Of a DNA stretch of 32,000 nt, positions 1 through 10,365 are shown piece after piece. The DNA is from Corynebacterium glutamicum ATCC 13032 (lineage in GTDB: Bacteria; Actinomycetota; Actinomycetes; Mycobacteriales; Mycobacteriaceae), in the NCBI RefSeq assembly GCF_000011325.1, contig NC_003450.3, positions 1,020,001 to 1,052,000 on the forward strand, given 5' to 3'. Numbering within the stretch: the first letter of the stretch is position 1; each line of letters starts with the position of its first letter. The notes under the pieces were generated by a model that worked only from the letters and a program-made list of their open reading frames with translations, searched no databases and was not told where the DNA came from. Made by a program: the position numbers and the translations under genes.

Positions 1-1
1 T

Positions 2-2719
2 TTGATGGCTGGTTGGGAAGCAGCTGCGATGGGTGCTGATGGTCCAGTGGCTGCGGAAGGCCTGGACTTGGAAGCTTCTAGCTATCGCAGTTATGAAAGT
101 TTGGAGGTTTCTGCGTCGAAAAGCGATGTGCGTTGGTGGACTTTCGCGCCGCCGGGCATGTTTGAGGCCTCGGAGGAGGCGACGCTGCCGCTTGATTTTG
201 AAGCCGGGCCGGCGCCGCGCGGTGAGCTGCCGAAGATCGATGCGATGATGGCGCAGCTGCTTGCGCACACAACCGGCGGTGGGCGGGCTGCGTTTATCGC
301 GCCGACCCAAGGTGCGATTAAGCGCATGGTCGATCGTTTCGCGGAAAAGGGCATTCCCACCCATGTGGCGACCCCGGGTTGGGAGCCAACGCCTGGTCAA
401 GTGACTCTTTATCATGCGCTGAGCCATGCTGGCCTGGTGTTTCCGAAGGTGCGTAAACACCGCGATGGCGCTGCAATGCCGTTGGTGGTTATTACAGAAA
501 CCGATCTGACTGGTAACCGTGTTGGCGATATTGCAGGGGCGAAACGTCGACCTGCAAAACGCCGCAACAAGGTGGATCCTTTGGCGCTGGAGCCAGGGGA
601 TTTGGTGGTTCATGAAACCCACGGCATTGGTCGTTTTGTGAAGATGACTGAACGAACCATTTCTGCGGGTGATGAGACCTCGCGCCGTGAATACATTGTG
701 CTGGAGTACGCGCCATCTAAGCGCGGACAGCCCGGCGATCAGCTGTATGTGCCGATGGATGCGCTGGATATGCTCAGCCGCTACGTCGGTGGCGAGAAGC
801 CGACGCTGTCCAAAATGGGTGGTTCTGACTGGAAGAACGCCAAGAAGAAGGCTCGCGCTGCCGTGCGTGAAATCGCCGGTGAGCTGGTAGAACTCTACGC
901 TAAGCGCCAATCCGCGCCGGGTCACCCGTTTGCGCCGGATACGCCGTGGCAAAAAGAGATGGAAGATAACTTCCCCTACGTTGAGACCGAAGACCAGATG
1001 TTGGCGATCGATGCGGTCAAGGAGGACATGGAGAAAAGTGTCCCCATGGACCGCGTCATCATCGGCGATGTGGGTTATGGCAAGACGGAAGTGGCGGTGC
1101 GCGCGGCGTTCAAGGCTGTGCAAGACGGCAAGCAGGTAGCCGTTCTGGTGCCCACCACGTTGCTTGCGCAGCAGCACCAGTCCACGTTTGAAGAGCGTAT
1201 GACTGGTTTCCCTGTCACCATCAAGGGATTGTCACGCTTTACTTCGCCTGCGGAATCGCGGGAGATTCTCTCCGGTTTGGCTGCAGGATCGGTGGATATC
1301 GTCATCGGTACTCACCGTTTGCTGCAGACTGGCGTGCAGTGGAAAAACCTAGGGCTTGTCATTGTGGATGAGGAGCAGCGTTTCGGCGTGGAACATAAGG
1401 AGCACATCAAGGCTCTGCGTACTCACGTGGATGTGCTGACCATGTCCGCGACCCCGATTCCGCGCACCCTGGAAATGTCCATGGCCGGTATCCGTGAGAT
1501 GACCACCATGCTCACCCCGCCGGAAGATCGCCACCCAATTCTTACCTATGTGGGACCGTATGAAGACAAGCAGGTCGCGGCATCAATTCGCCGTGAGCTG
1601 CTGCGCGATGGCCAGGTCTTTTTCATCCACAACAAGGTGGCAGATATTGAGAAGAAGGCCCGCGAGATCCGCGATCTAGTTCCCGAAGCCCGAGTGGTCG
1701 TTGCCCACGGCCAGATGAGTGAAGAGCTGCTGGAACAAACCGTTCAAGGTTTCTGGGACCGCGAATACGATGTGCTGGTGTGTACCACCATCGTGGAAAC
1801 TGGTCTGGATATTTCCAACGCCAACACGCTTATCGTGGAAAATGCCCACCACATGGGCTTGTCTCAGCTGCACCAGCTGCGTGGCCGCGTGGGTCGTTCC
1901 CGTGAGCGCGGTTACGCCTACTTCCTGTATCCAAAGGGCGCGACACTGACTGAAATGTCCTACGACCGCCTGGCAACGATTGCCCAAAACAATGATTTGG
2001 GTGCCGGTATGGCGGTTGCCATGAAGGATTTGGAAATGCGTGGCGCCGGCAACGTGCTGGGTGCAGAACAATCAGGCCATATCGCTGGCGTGGGCTTTGA
2101 CCTGTACGTTCGCCTCGTCGGCGAAGCAGTGGAAGCCTACCGCGCGCTGGCTGATGGCAAAGTTGTTGATGGCACCGTCAAGGGACCAAAGGAAATCCGC
2201 GTGGACCTTCCCGTGGATGCCCACATTCCCGAAAAGTACATCAACGCCGAGCGTCTGCGTCTGGAAATCTACCGCAAGCTCGCGCAGTCCGAATCGGAAG
2301 TGGATCTGCGCCTTGCGGTGGAAGAAATGGAAGACCGCTACGGTCCCATTCCAGAAGAAGTGGAGCGCCTGCTGGCTGTGTCCAGATTGCGCCACCTCAT
2401 GCGCGAAGCCCACCTCACCGACATTGCGGTGCAGGGCACGCGCATCAAGGTCCACCCCGTTGACCTCGCCGATTCGCAGCAAGTGCGCCTAAAGCGCCTG
2501 TTCCCAGGCGCCACCTACCGCGCAGCCGCTAAAGCAATCCAGCTGTCTTTCCCGAAGACAGGCAACAAGGTCACAGATCCTTTGCTTCGCGACGTCGACC
2601 TCCTCCAGTGGGTAGCGAACTTCATTTCCAACATGTTCAACTTGGAGGAAATCGATGTTCGCGGACCACAACCAGGAAAGCCTAAGAAGAAATCATCAGT
2701 GATCTCCGTCAGCCTGTAA
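2..2719 (+). CDS. mfd: Transcription-repair coupling factor Mfd (5'-truncated by window edge)
   Basis: 905-aa ORF open to the window edge. It has a CarD/RID-like segment ([17 protein letters not shown]), the SF2 helicase Walker [11 protein letters not shown], a DEEQRFGV box, and the TRG/D7 C-terminal part. Confidence 0.95.
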   Translation: MMAGWEAAAMGADGPVAAEGLDLEASSYRSYESLEVSASKSDVRWWTFAPPGMFEASEEATLPLDFEAGPAPRGELPKIDAMMAQLLAHTTGGGRAAFIAPTQGAIKRMVDRFAEKGIPTHVATPGWEPTPGQVTLYHALSHAGLVFPKVRKHRDGAAMPLVVITETDLTGNRVGDIAGAKRRPAKRRNKVDPLALEPGDLVVHETHGIGRFVKMTERTISAGDETSRREYIVLEYAPSKRGQPGDQLYVPMDALDMLSRYVGGEKPTLSKMGGSDWKNAKKKARAAVREIAGELVELYAKRQSAPGHPFAPDTPWQKEMEDNFPYVETEDQMLAIDAVKEDMEKSVPMDRVIIGDVGYGKTEVAVRAAFKAVQDGKQVAVLVPTTLLAQQHQSTFEERMTGFPVTIKGLSRFTSPAESREILSGLAAGSVDIVIGTHRLLQTGVQWKNLGLVIVDEEQRFGVEHKEHIKALRTHVDVLTMSATPIPRTLEMSMAGIREMTTMLTPPEDRHPILTYVGPYEDKQVAASIRRELLRDGQVFFIHNKVADIEKKAREIRDLVPEARVVVAHGQMSEELLEQTVQGFWDREYDVLVCTTIVETGLDISNANTLIVENAHHMGLSQLHQLRGRVGRSRERGYAYFLYPKGATLTEMSYDRLATIAQNNDLGAGMAVAMKDLEMRGAGNVLGAEQSGHIAGVGFDLYVRLVGEAVEAYRALADGKVVDGTVKGPKEIRVDLPVDAHIPEKYINAERLRLEIYRKLAQSESEVDLRLAVEEMEDRYGPIPEEVERLLAVSRLRHLMREAHLTDIAVQGTRIKVHPVDLADSQQVRLKRLFPGATYRAAAKAIQLSFPKTGNKVTDPLLRDVDLLQWVANFISNMFNLEEIDVRGPQPGKPKKKSSVISVSL

Positions 2720-4666
2720 TTCTTCTTTCGCGGGGGCGTTGAATTGGGAGTTATACAACTCCCAATATGCGCCCTCCAGGGCCATCAACTCACGGTGATT
2801 GCCCTGCTCCACGATCTCGCCGTCTTTCATCATCAAAATCAGGTTGGCATCACGAATCGTGGACAACCGGTGCGCGATGACGAAGGCGGTGCGGTCTTGG
2901 CGCAGCTTGGACATGGCGCGCTGAATCAACAATTCGGTACGCGTATCCACCGATGAGGTGGCTTCATCCAGAATCAGCAGTCGGGGATTAGCCAAGAATG
3001 CACGCGCGATGGTGATCAGCTGGCGTTCACCCACCGATAGGTTCATGGCTTCATCATCAAGTACGGTGTCGTAGCCTTCTGGCAGGGAACGGACAAAACG
3101 ATCCACGTAGGCGGCCTTGGACGCAGCAAGCATTTCTTCCTCAGTTGCTTCAGGTCTACCGTAAAGAATGTTATCCCTGATGGTTCCGGCAAACAGCCAC
3201 GTATCCTGCAACACCATGCCGGTTCGTGATCGCAGATCTTCTCTAGCCATGGTGCGGATATCCACGGCGTCTTGTGCTGTTTCACCAAGAGTGATGGAAC
3301 CGCTGTTGATGTCGTAGAAACGCATGATCAAATTCACCAATGTGGTCTTGCCCGCACCGGTGGGACCCACGATGGCAATGGTGCTGCCGGAACGAACTTC
3401 CAGATCCAAGTTGTTGATCAGTGGACGATCCTCCGAGTAGCCGAAGGACACATCTTTGAATTCCAGACGGTTCGCGCCAGCAGCAACGGTGTTGGGCTGC
3501 GCAGGATCACTGTCCTGTTCGTCTTCGTCGATAAGCTCAAAAACGCGCTCGGCGCTGGCCACGCCGGACTGCAGCAAGTTGGCCATGGAACCCAATTGCG
3601 ACAGCGGTTGGGTGAATTGGCGTGAGTATTGGATAAAGGATTGCACGCCACCGATGGATAGTGATCCAGAGGCAACCTGTAAGCCGCCAACGACTGCGAT
3701 GGCCACGTAGCTCAAGTTACCCACAAACATCATGGTGGGCATGATGATGCCAGAGATGAACTGGGCACCAAAGCTGGCCTTATACACAGCCTGATTTTCT
3801 TCCTCGAATGCTTCTTGAACATCCTTTTGGTGTCCGAAAACCTTAACCACGGCGTGGCCAGAGTAGGTTTCCTCCACGCGCGCATTCAAAATACCGGTCT
3901 GCTTCCACTGTTCCGCAAAGAGTTTCTGGGAACGGCTCGCAACCACCACAGTGACCACGATGGTGACCGGAATGGATACCAGCGCCACGAGTGCGAGCAG
4001 TGGGGAGATGATAAACATCATCACCAACACACCGATGACGGTCAGTAGGGAAGTGATCGCCTGTGACAAGGTTTGTTGCAGGGATTGACCGATATTATCC
4101 ACATCGTTGGTCACACGGCTAAGCAGATCACCACGTTTGATGGAATCGAAATAGCTCAGCGGTAGGCGGTGGATTTTTTCCTCCACCTCCATGCGCAGCC
4201 GGTGCATGGCACTTTGCACGATGCGGTTGAGCATCCGCGCCTGGAACAACGACAACAGGCTACCGATGAGATAAGCACCGATCACCAGTCCGAGGATCAT
4301 GGCTAATTTTTCAAAATCAATGCCTGAGCCTGGAACAAGGTTCATGTCTTCCATCATGGAAGCCTGATTATGTTTACCTGCAGCCTGCAACTGCGCGATG
4401 ATATCTTCCTTTGACGCACCAGCCGGCATGCGCTTAGATAGGAATCCTTCAAACACCACGTTGGTGGCTTTACCCAGCAACCATGGGCCCAAGACGGTAA
4501 GTCCAACGCTCAGGACGGCTAGGAAGATAACAAAAATTAAGGTGTTACGGTCATGGCCTAGAATTCCGAAAAGCCTTTTGGCAGATGGTCCGAAATTCTG
4601 TGCCTTTTGATTCGGCGCGGCGTCTGCCTGATGGGAACGCCCGCGGGGGCCTGCAGTATTACTCAT
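2696..4666 (-). CDS. ABC exporter, fused permease-ATPase subunit (consensus Walker B/H-loop, degenerate signature)
   Basis: 656 aa with an N-terminal 6-TM domain. Motifs: Walker [10 protein letters not shown], Walker [14 protein letters not shown]-loop IAHRLSTI, signature LSVGERQ. Its ATG overlaps the stop of the upstream subunit (ATGA at 4663-4666). Confidence 0.9.
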   Translation of the reverse strand: MSNTAGPRGRSHQADAAPNQKAQNFGPSAKRLFGILGHDRNTLIFVIFLAVLSVGLTVLGPWLLGKATNVVFEGFLSKRMPAGASKEDIIAQLQAAGKHNQASMMEDMNLVPGSGIDFEKLAMILGLVIGAYLIGSLLSLFQARMLNRIVQSAMHRLRMEVEEKIHRLPLSYFDSIKRGDLLSRVTNDVDNIGQSLQQTLSQAITSLLTVIGVLVMMFIISPLLALVALVSIPVTIVVTVVVASRSQKLFAEQWKQTGILNARVEETYSGHAVVKVFGHQKDVQEAFEEENQAVYKASFGAQFISGIIMPTMMFVGNLSYVAIAVVGGLQVASGSLSIGGVQSFIQYSRQFTQPLSQLGSMANLLQSGVASAERVFELIDEDEQDSDPAQPNTVAAGANRLEFKDVSFGYSEDRPLINNLDLEVRSGSTIAIVGPTGAGKTTLVNLIMRFYDINSGSITLGETAQDAVDIRTMAREDLRSRTGMVLQDTWLFAGTIRDNILYGRPEATEEEMLAASKAAYVDRFVRSLPEGYDTVLDDEAMNLSVGERQLITIARAFLANPRLLILDEATSSVDTRTELLIQRAMSKLRQDRTAFVIAHRLSTIRDANLILMMKDGEIVEQGNHRELMALEGAYWELYNSQFNAPAKEELQADGDH

Positions 4667-6396
4667 GATTGCGCCTGCGCAGTCTCTTGGGATTCAACAA
4701 TTTCACGGTAGGTACCGCACGTGTTCAGCAAATTCGTGTGCGTTCCAATACCGACAACCTCGCCGTTATCAAGCACCACAATCTGATCGGCATCTCGAAT
4801 CGTGCTGACACGCTGGGCGACAATCAACTTGGTTGCATCCGGCAGGTTGGTGCTCAGCGCTCGGCGAAGAGCGGCGTCTGTGCTCACATCGAGGGCGGAG
4901 AAAGAATCGTCGAAAATATAGATCTCAGGTTGCTTCAACAACGCCCTGGCAATGGCTAGTCGCTGGCGCTGACCACCAGAAACATTGGTTCCACCCTGAG
5001 CAATCTCAGAATCAAGACCCTCTGGCATCTCACGCACAAAGTCCGCCGCCTGAGCAATTGCAAGCGCCTGCCACAGCTGCGTTTCCGTGGCATCTTCATT
5101 GCCATAACGCAGGTTGCTGGCGATCGTTCCAGAAAACAGGAACGACTTCTGCGGAACAAGACCGATCCGATCCCACAGCTTCAGCGGCTCAAATTCACGA
5201 ACATCGGTGCCATCGACGGTAACGTCGCCTTCGGTGACGTCGAAAAGCCTAGGAACCAGCCCGATCAACGTCGTCTTACCCGAACCCGTCGAGCCGATGA
5301 TCGCCGTCGTGCTACCAGGCGCAACGCGGAAGCTCACATTATTTAACACGGGGTCATCCGCGCCGGGGTAGGCAAAAGTCGCGTTGTTGAACACGATTTC
5401 GCCAGCGCTTGTCGACGGCTGCGCCGGTGTTTCTGGCGCCTGCACAGACGGTGTGGTTTCCAGAACCTCACCGATGCGATCAGCGGAAACGGCAGCGCGC
5501 GGAACCATGACAAACATGAACGCTGCCATCATGACGCCCATGAGGATCTGCATGATGTACTGCAAGAATGCAAAGAGCGTACCGATCTGCGTCTCGCCGG
5601 ATTCCACCTGGAAAGCACCAAACCAAATCACAGCAACGGCAGAAAGGTTCATGATCAGCATCACGGCAGGGAACATCAACGCCATCAGGTTACCGGTGCG
5701 CACGCCGATATCAGCGACATCTTTACTAGCAGTGGTGAATCGTTCGCGTTCCACATCTTCACGCACGAACGCGCGGATCACGCGGATACCGGTGAGCTGC
5801 TCGCGTATAATCTGATTGATGCGGTCAATGCGCTTTTGCATGGTTTGGAACAACGGAACCATGCGCACAATGATCAGCGCCACCACGATGATGAGCACCG
5901 GAATACTGACCACCATCAGCCAAGACAAACCAAGATCCTGACGCACCGCCATGATGATGCCACCAATGGCCAGCATCGGGGCGGAAATCATCAAAGTGGA
6001 GGTCATCTGCACCAGCATCTGAACCTGCTGCACATCGTTGGTGTTTCGGGTGATCAGCGACGGTGCGCCAAACTGACCCATCTCACGCTCAGAGAAGTTC
6101 ACTACCTTGCCAAAGATCGCCGAACGCAGATCGCGGCCCACTCTCATGGATAGTTTGGAACCGAAATAAACACCGGCGATAGCGCAGGCAACCTGGACTA
6201 ATGTCAGGGCCAGCATGATTCCACCGGTGTGCCAAATATAGCCGATATCACCTGTGACCACACCATTGTCAATGATGTCTGCGTTTAGCGTGGGGAGTAG
6301 GAGGGAGGTGATTGATTGCGCCAATTGGAAAATGATGACGGTTAAAATTAGGGGCCATGCGGGTTTTAAAAACCTCACCAATATCGACCACAGCAT
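4663..6396 (-). CDS. ABC exporter, fused permease-ATPase subunit (degenerate Walker B/H-loop, canonical signature)
   Basis: Motifs: Walker A GSTGSGKTT, signature VSGGQRQR, Walker B IYIFDDSFSALD (Asp in place of the catalytic Glu), H-loop AQRVSTI (Gln in place of His). The track ORF starts at GTG 6423, but ATG 6396 (MLWSIL...) has AAGGA 9 nt upstream, so I prefer it. Confidence 0.85.
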   Translation of the reverse strand: MLWSILVRFLKPAWPLILTVIIFQLAQSITSLLLPTLNADIIDNGVVTGDIGYIWHTGGIMLALTLVQVACAIAGVYFGSKLSMRVGRDLRSAIFGKVVNFSEREMGQFGAPSLITRNTNDVQQVQMLVQMTSTLMISAPMLAIGGIIMAVRQDLGLSWLMVVSIPVLIIVVALIIVRMVPLFQTMQKRIDRINQIIREQLTGIRVIRAFVREDVERERFTTASKDVADIGVRTGNLMALMFPAVMLIMNLSAVAVIWFGAFQVESGETQIGTLFAFLQYIMQILMGVMMAAFMFVMVPRAAVSADRIGEVLETTPSVQAPETPAQPSTSAGEIVFNNATFAYPGADDPVLNNVSFRVAPGSTTAIIGSTGSGKTTLIGLVPRLFDVTEGDVTVDGTDVREFEPLKLWDRIGLVPQKSFLFSGTIASNLRYGNEDATETQLWQALAIAQAADFVREMPEGLDSEIAQGGTNVSGGQRQRLAIARALLKQPEIYIFDDSFSALDVSTDAALRRALSTNLPDATKLIVAQRVSTIRDADQIVVLDNGEVVGIGTHTNLLNTCGTYREIVESQETAQAQS

Positions 6397-6501
6397 GAAT
6401 GTATTCCTTTTGGGGAGAGTCACCCGGTGGATGTCCGGGTTTTAAGCTGGCCACGAACTGATTTTTCAGTTCATGGTTTCTCACCAAGGTTACGCGTTTT
6501 T

Positions 6502-9000
6502 CTAGCTGTGGCTTGGGGCGGAAGTGGCGGTCTTTTTCAGCCAATTCGGCAGCGGAAACTCGTTGAGGTAGCAGGCAGCAACGGCAAGGCCAATGCTTGG
6601 TAACGATAATTCATCGCGGTAACACAAGTACCAACCGTGGTGTTCTGGGTGGAATTTGTTCTTGGACGCAGCGAGGGAACGGAAACCGTAGAACGGCTCC
6701 ATTGCTCGGCCCAAAAGCTCCAAAATTTGTCCGATGGTGCCGTCGTCGGCCACACCTGGGGGCGTACTCAAAGGAGCGCCGGACATCGACATCCATTCCA
6801 GATCGTGATCCCTTGCGATAACGACGGCCTCGGAAATGAGAAACTCGATGACAGATTTAAAGCCTTGCGGATCACGGCGCATCACATCAAGTGTGTAGCC
6901 GACGATGCGTCCTTTTTCATAGACCGGCAACCAACTGGTCACACCGTGCAGATGCTCTTCCTCATCAATCGCGAGAAGAAGATAGGTATCTGGATCTGAG
7001 AGCTCGTTGACAGTGCCAAGCGTGAAGCCCATCTCCGGCAGAGCTTTATCAGAGACCCATTCTTCCGACAGCGTGATGATCTTGTGCTGCATTTCGGCAC
7101 TCAAATCAGCCCAGGTTGTCCAGATGGAACTTACGCCCTCTTTGGCCGCGCGGTTTCGGGCGGTGCGGACATTTTGGAAGTGCTTACCTTTGAAATCCGC
7201 ATTAGCTGAGCTTAAGACTGCTTCCTCAGCCACACGAAGTGTGTGGTGGCCAGCGTTGATGCGTTCCTTTGAGAATTCTTCACAAACGGAATACCACGCA
7301 ACAATCCAGCCTTGGTTGCTGGCAAATTCTTCAAACTGTGCGGCCAGCTCTGCTTTAGAGACGGATGAATCCGGACCCAGAATAGGCTCACCCAATGTAA
7401 TTGCGATGCCCCTTTTCACGCGGTAGGCCACATATCCTGCATTTTCTGGTGCCCACCAATACGTATTGCCACCCCAAATGGTCATCCAGGACAAGTGATC
7501 GCCGCTGCCAGAGCGCAGGAGAGTCGCTGCGTTTTCTTGGTCCTCGTGCGCTTTGTTGCTGGGCACACCCATGAGCAGATGATAAAGAGTTGCTGCTACG
7601 ACCAGCCAGAATAGCGTTCCAGTCCATTCAAACACTGCCCACCCAGCAGGGCTTCTGGGGAAGAGTTGATGGCTTAACACCGTTTCGATAGTTGGTGGGA
7701 GATAGCGGAAGGGGAGTTCTTTGAAAGCCAGCCCCAATGTTGGATGTGGGTGGAATGCGTGTGGCAGGAACAATGTGGCAAGGATCCACAATGCTGCCGT
7801 TGCCAACCATGTAACCATGAGAGCGCCTAAGGATTTAGAAATCCGGGTGGTATCAATCTTCACCTGGAATGCACGGCGGGAAAACACCAAGACGGCGAGC
7901 GCCACCAGCCAAGGAACGATCACGCTAAAGGCATTGACTGACCATAGAAGATCGGTGGAATCAGCCGATAGTTTGGTCAGCTGGAACATCAACACTGCGA
8001 TGGAAATGAGCTGGGCCAAAACCGCCAAAATCCATGCAAGTCGACGTCCGCGGCTAAGCCCCATCGCAAGGACCACGGTGAGGATCAGTGGAATCAGGTT
8101 GGCAACGGAAGGGCCAACACCGTGCTGTTGGAGCTGATCAAGCGCACCTTGGCATGCATCAGAGGTGCTGTCTGTGTGGCAGAGGTGATGCATGTGTTCT
8201 TCAGTGACAAGGGGCTGCCAGATCAATTTCGTTGCACTGGAAAAAGGGCCGTGGGTGAGTGGATTAAGCGCAGCAAGCACTGGACCTGCTGCTACGGCAG
8301 TGACCAAAATGGCCGTCATAATGCGCGCTTCACGCACGGTGAGGGAACCGGGAAGCCAGCGGCCACCTGGGGTTTTCCGATGCCTGTTCAACTCGCCGGC
8401 AACGGTGCCGATGATGGTCGCGGTGAGCATGGTGACGTCGGCAAGCGTGCCCGTATAAAGCAGCAGCGTCAAGGTGATAGTAAAGAGGAACAATCGGGTG
8501 CGCCGTCGCCAGAGCAGTGGCATGGAGGCGGATGCGAAAGCGGCGACGCCGAAGACCCAGAAATCTGGGGTGAGCAGCACATCGGCCAACATGTTGTTGC
8601 CCCAGCGGTTGAGATCGGCTTCTTCGATGAGGTGGGCGATGCCGATGCCCAGCGGAATGGAAGTGATGTGGATAAGCGCTGCTGTGATCGCGAATTTGAG
8701 GCTGCCCAGAATCCGTTCAGAGGGCACCGCAAACACGATGATCCACAACGTGGACATGAGCGCTGCTGTGGTGGTGGAAGCGCTAAACCCTGCGGTGAGA
8801 AAATGCGGATCATTAAGAGACCACGGCAGGGTGAGCCCAAGGTTGTCTACCAAAGAGCTATTTGCGGGATCTTCGGCGCCAAACACTTCCCTCAAACCCC
8901 GCATGACAACGATCATGAGCAGGCTTAACGGTGCGAAACGCAGGGACCTGCCCAGCCATCTCAGACCGAATAATAAGTAGGACTGTGAAGCGTCTTTCAT
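6502..9000 (-). CDS. Aminoacyl-phosphatidylglycerol synthase (MprF/LysX C-domain, DUF2156) homolog. Likely the tRNA-dependent alanyl-diacylglycerol/alanyl-PG synthase described for C. glutamicum.
   Basis: About 500 aa of polytopic membrane domain followed by a C-terminal aaPGS-type domain (GNTYWWAPENAGYVAYRVKRGIAITLGEP... FRSLAASKNKF). The track ORF starts at 9036, but ATG 9000 (MKDASQ) lies 2 nt after the TAA of the upstream esterase gene. Confidence 0.85.
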   Translation of the reverse strand: MKDASQSYLLFGLRWLGRSLRFAPLSLLMIVVMRGLREVFGAEDPANSSLVDNLGLTLPWSLNDPHFLTAGFSASTTTAALMSTLWIIVFAVPSERILGSLKFAITAALIHITSIPLGIGIAHLIEEADLNRWGNNMLADVLLTPDFWVFGVAAFASASMPLLWRRRTRLFLFTITLTLLLYTGTLADVTMLTATIIGTVAGELNRHRKTPGGRWLPGSLTVREARIMTAILVTAVAAGPVLAALNPLTHGPFSSATKLIWQPLVTEEHMHHLCHTDSTSDACQGALDQLQQHGVGPSVANLIPLILTVVLAMGLSRGRRLAWILAVLAQLISIAVLMFQLTKLSADSTDLLWSVNAFSVIVPWLVALAVLVFSRRAFQVKIDTTRISKSLGALMVTWLATAALWILATLFLPHAFHPHPTLGLAFKELPFRYLPPTIETVLSHQLFPRSPAGWAVFEWTGTLFWLVVAATLYHLLMGVPSNKAHEDQENAATLLRSGSGDHLSWMTIWGGNTYWWAPENAGYVAYRVKRGIAITLGEPILGPDSSVSKAELAAQFEEFASNQGWIVAWYSVCEEFSKERINAGHHTLRVAEEAVLSSANADFKGKHFQNVRTARNRAAKEGVSSIWTTWADLSAEMQHKIITLSEEWVSDKALPEMGFTLGTVNELSDPDTYLLLAIDEEEHLHGVTSWLPVYEKGRIVGYTLDVMRRDPQGFKSVIEFLISEAVVIARDHDLEWMSMSGAPLSTPPGVADDGTIGQILELLGRAMEPFYGFRSLAASKNKFHPEHHGWYLCYRDELSLPSIGLAVAACYLNEFPLPNWLKKTATSAPSHS

Positions 9001-9002
9001 TG

Positions 9003-10283
9003 TTAAACCTGCAATCCGCCGCGCTTGGCAACCCAATCAAAAGTATTCGCTAAAGCCACGCGCCACACCTGGAAGGAATGTCCACCGGCCACGGTATCAA
9101 AGGTGGTGGACATGCCCGCCTGATTGCTCAAATTATCAAGATGAGACAGCGCGCTCACTGCACTTTTATCGTTGCTACCAGCAATAAACCTGCCCGAAAT
9201 CCCGCTGTAGGTATGCGCTCCTGAGCTGATTGCTTGATTGAGCAGATCTTCCGGATTAACGGCTTTGAATGCGTCTTCATCGCCGCCGAAAAGCTGATCA
9301 ACAGTTTGCTGGCGTGTGCCAAGTGTTGGTTCTTCCTGGCCCGAGAAGTCAAGGAAAGAACCATACGCTTCGGGGTGATTGGTCATGATCTGCAAAGCAC
9401 AGGTGCCGCCGTAACTTAAACCACCAATTGTCCAGGTGCGCTGATCCTGATTGACTCGGAATTTCTGTTTGATCAACATGGGGACATCGTGGGATAGATA
9501 TGTCATCACGCTTTGGGCATCAGAATCCACGCAAGCAGGGTTTCCGCTGAATGATCCTGTGCCATCCACGCTGATGACAATGGGGCTGATGCCATCGTGG
9601 GTTGCTTGGAAATTATCTGCTGTTTGATCGGCATTTCCACTGCTAAACCACTGATCTGGCTGGCCGGGGTTTCCGGGCATGAGAACCAAAACTGGCAGTT
9701 GTAGGGAAGGATTATCCCAATACGCAGGCGGAATATAGGCGTAGGCATCGCGCGCATCAAAGCCGGAGGTGGAATCATCTGTTGTTCCAGCTAGCGGCAC
9801 CTGCACAAGGGCACCGACTTCACGGTCATCCATCGTCGGGGCAGTGGTCTGAGATTCAAAATCTGCATACGACATGGACACAGCCGTTGGCACGGGATTG
9901 AAAGAACCCAACGTCGGGTATGGCTGGTAGATGACATTGATGACTGCGGCCGTATTAACCAGTGCAATCACGGTGAGTGTAGCCATCAGTATTCTTGTAC
10001 GACCAGTGCGGAACAAGATGCTCAACAGAGGAAAAACCGCCAAACCAGCGGAAAGATAGATGGTCCACGGATTGGGGTCGGGGAAAGGCTTCCACAGCTT
10101 TTCAATAACCACCCATGCGCCACTGGTGAGAACTGCTGAGGAGATGAGAGCTCCGAGAACCCGCCACCGAGAGCGCTTTTTCACAACTCCGAGCAGAGCC
10201 ACAGCAGAAGTAAACACGGCCACACTGATGATCACGGTCAGCGCCGTGGAATCTACAAGCGAGACTGTTCGCCATTCATTCAC
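9003..10283 (-). CDS. Membrane-anchored putative esterase (esterase D / antigen-85-like fold)
   Basis: 426 aa with N-terminal TM helices. The C-terminal alpha/beta-hydrolase part carries the nucleophile elbow GGLSYGG. GTG start with GGAGGA upstream. Translationally abutted to the aaPGS homolog. Confidence 0.85.
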   Translation of the reverse strand: MNEWRTVSLVDSTALTVIISVAVFTSAVALLGVVKKRSRWRVLGALISSAVLTSGAWVVIEKLWKPFPDPNPWTIYLSAGLAVFPLLSILFRTGRTRILMATLTVIALVNTAAVINVIYQPYPTLGSFNPVPTAVSMSYADFESQTTAPTMDDREVGALVQVPLAGTTDDSTSGFDARDAYAYIPPAYWDNPSLQLPVLVLMPGNPGQPDQWFSSGNADQTADNFQATHDGISPIVISVDGTGSFSGNPACVDSDAQSVMTYLSHDVPMLIKQKFRVNQDQRTWTIGGLSYGGTCALQIMTNHPEAYGSFLDFSGQEEPTLGTRQQTVDQLFGGDEDAFKAVNPEDLLNQAISSGAHTYSGISGRFIAGSNDKSAVSALSHLDNLSNQAGMSTTFDTVAGGHSFQVWRVALANTFDWVAKRGGLQV

Positions 10284-10365
10284 ACCGCCATTATCCTCCC
10301 AAAGCTCTCAAGAAATTGCGGTAAAACTTAAAAATCTTGGTGAACTAGCAGGAAGGTTTCGGTGT

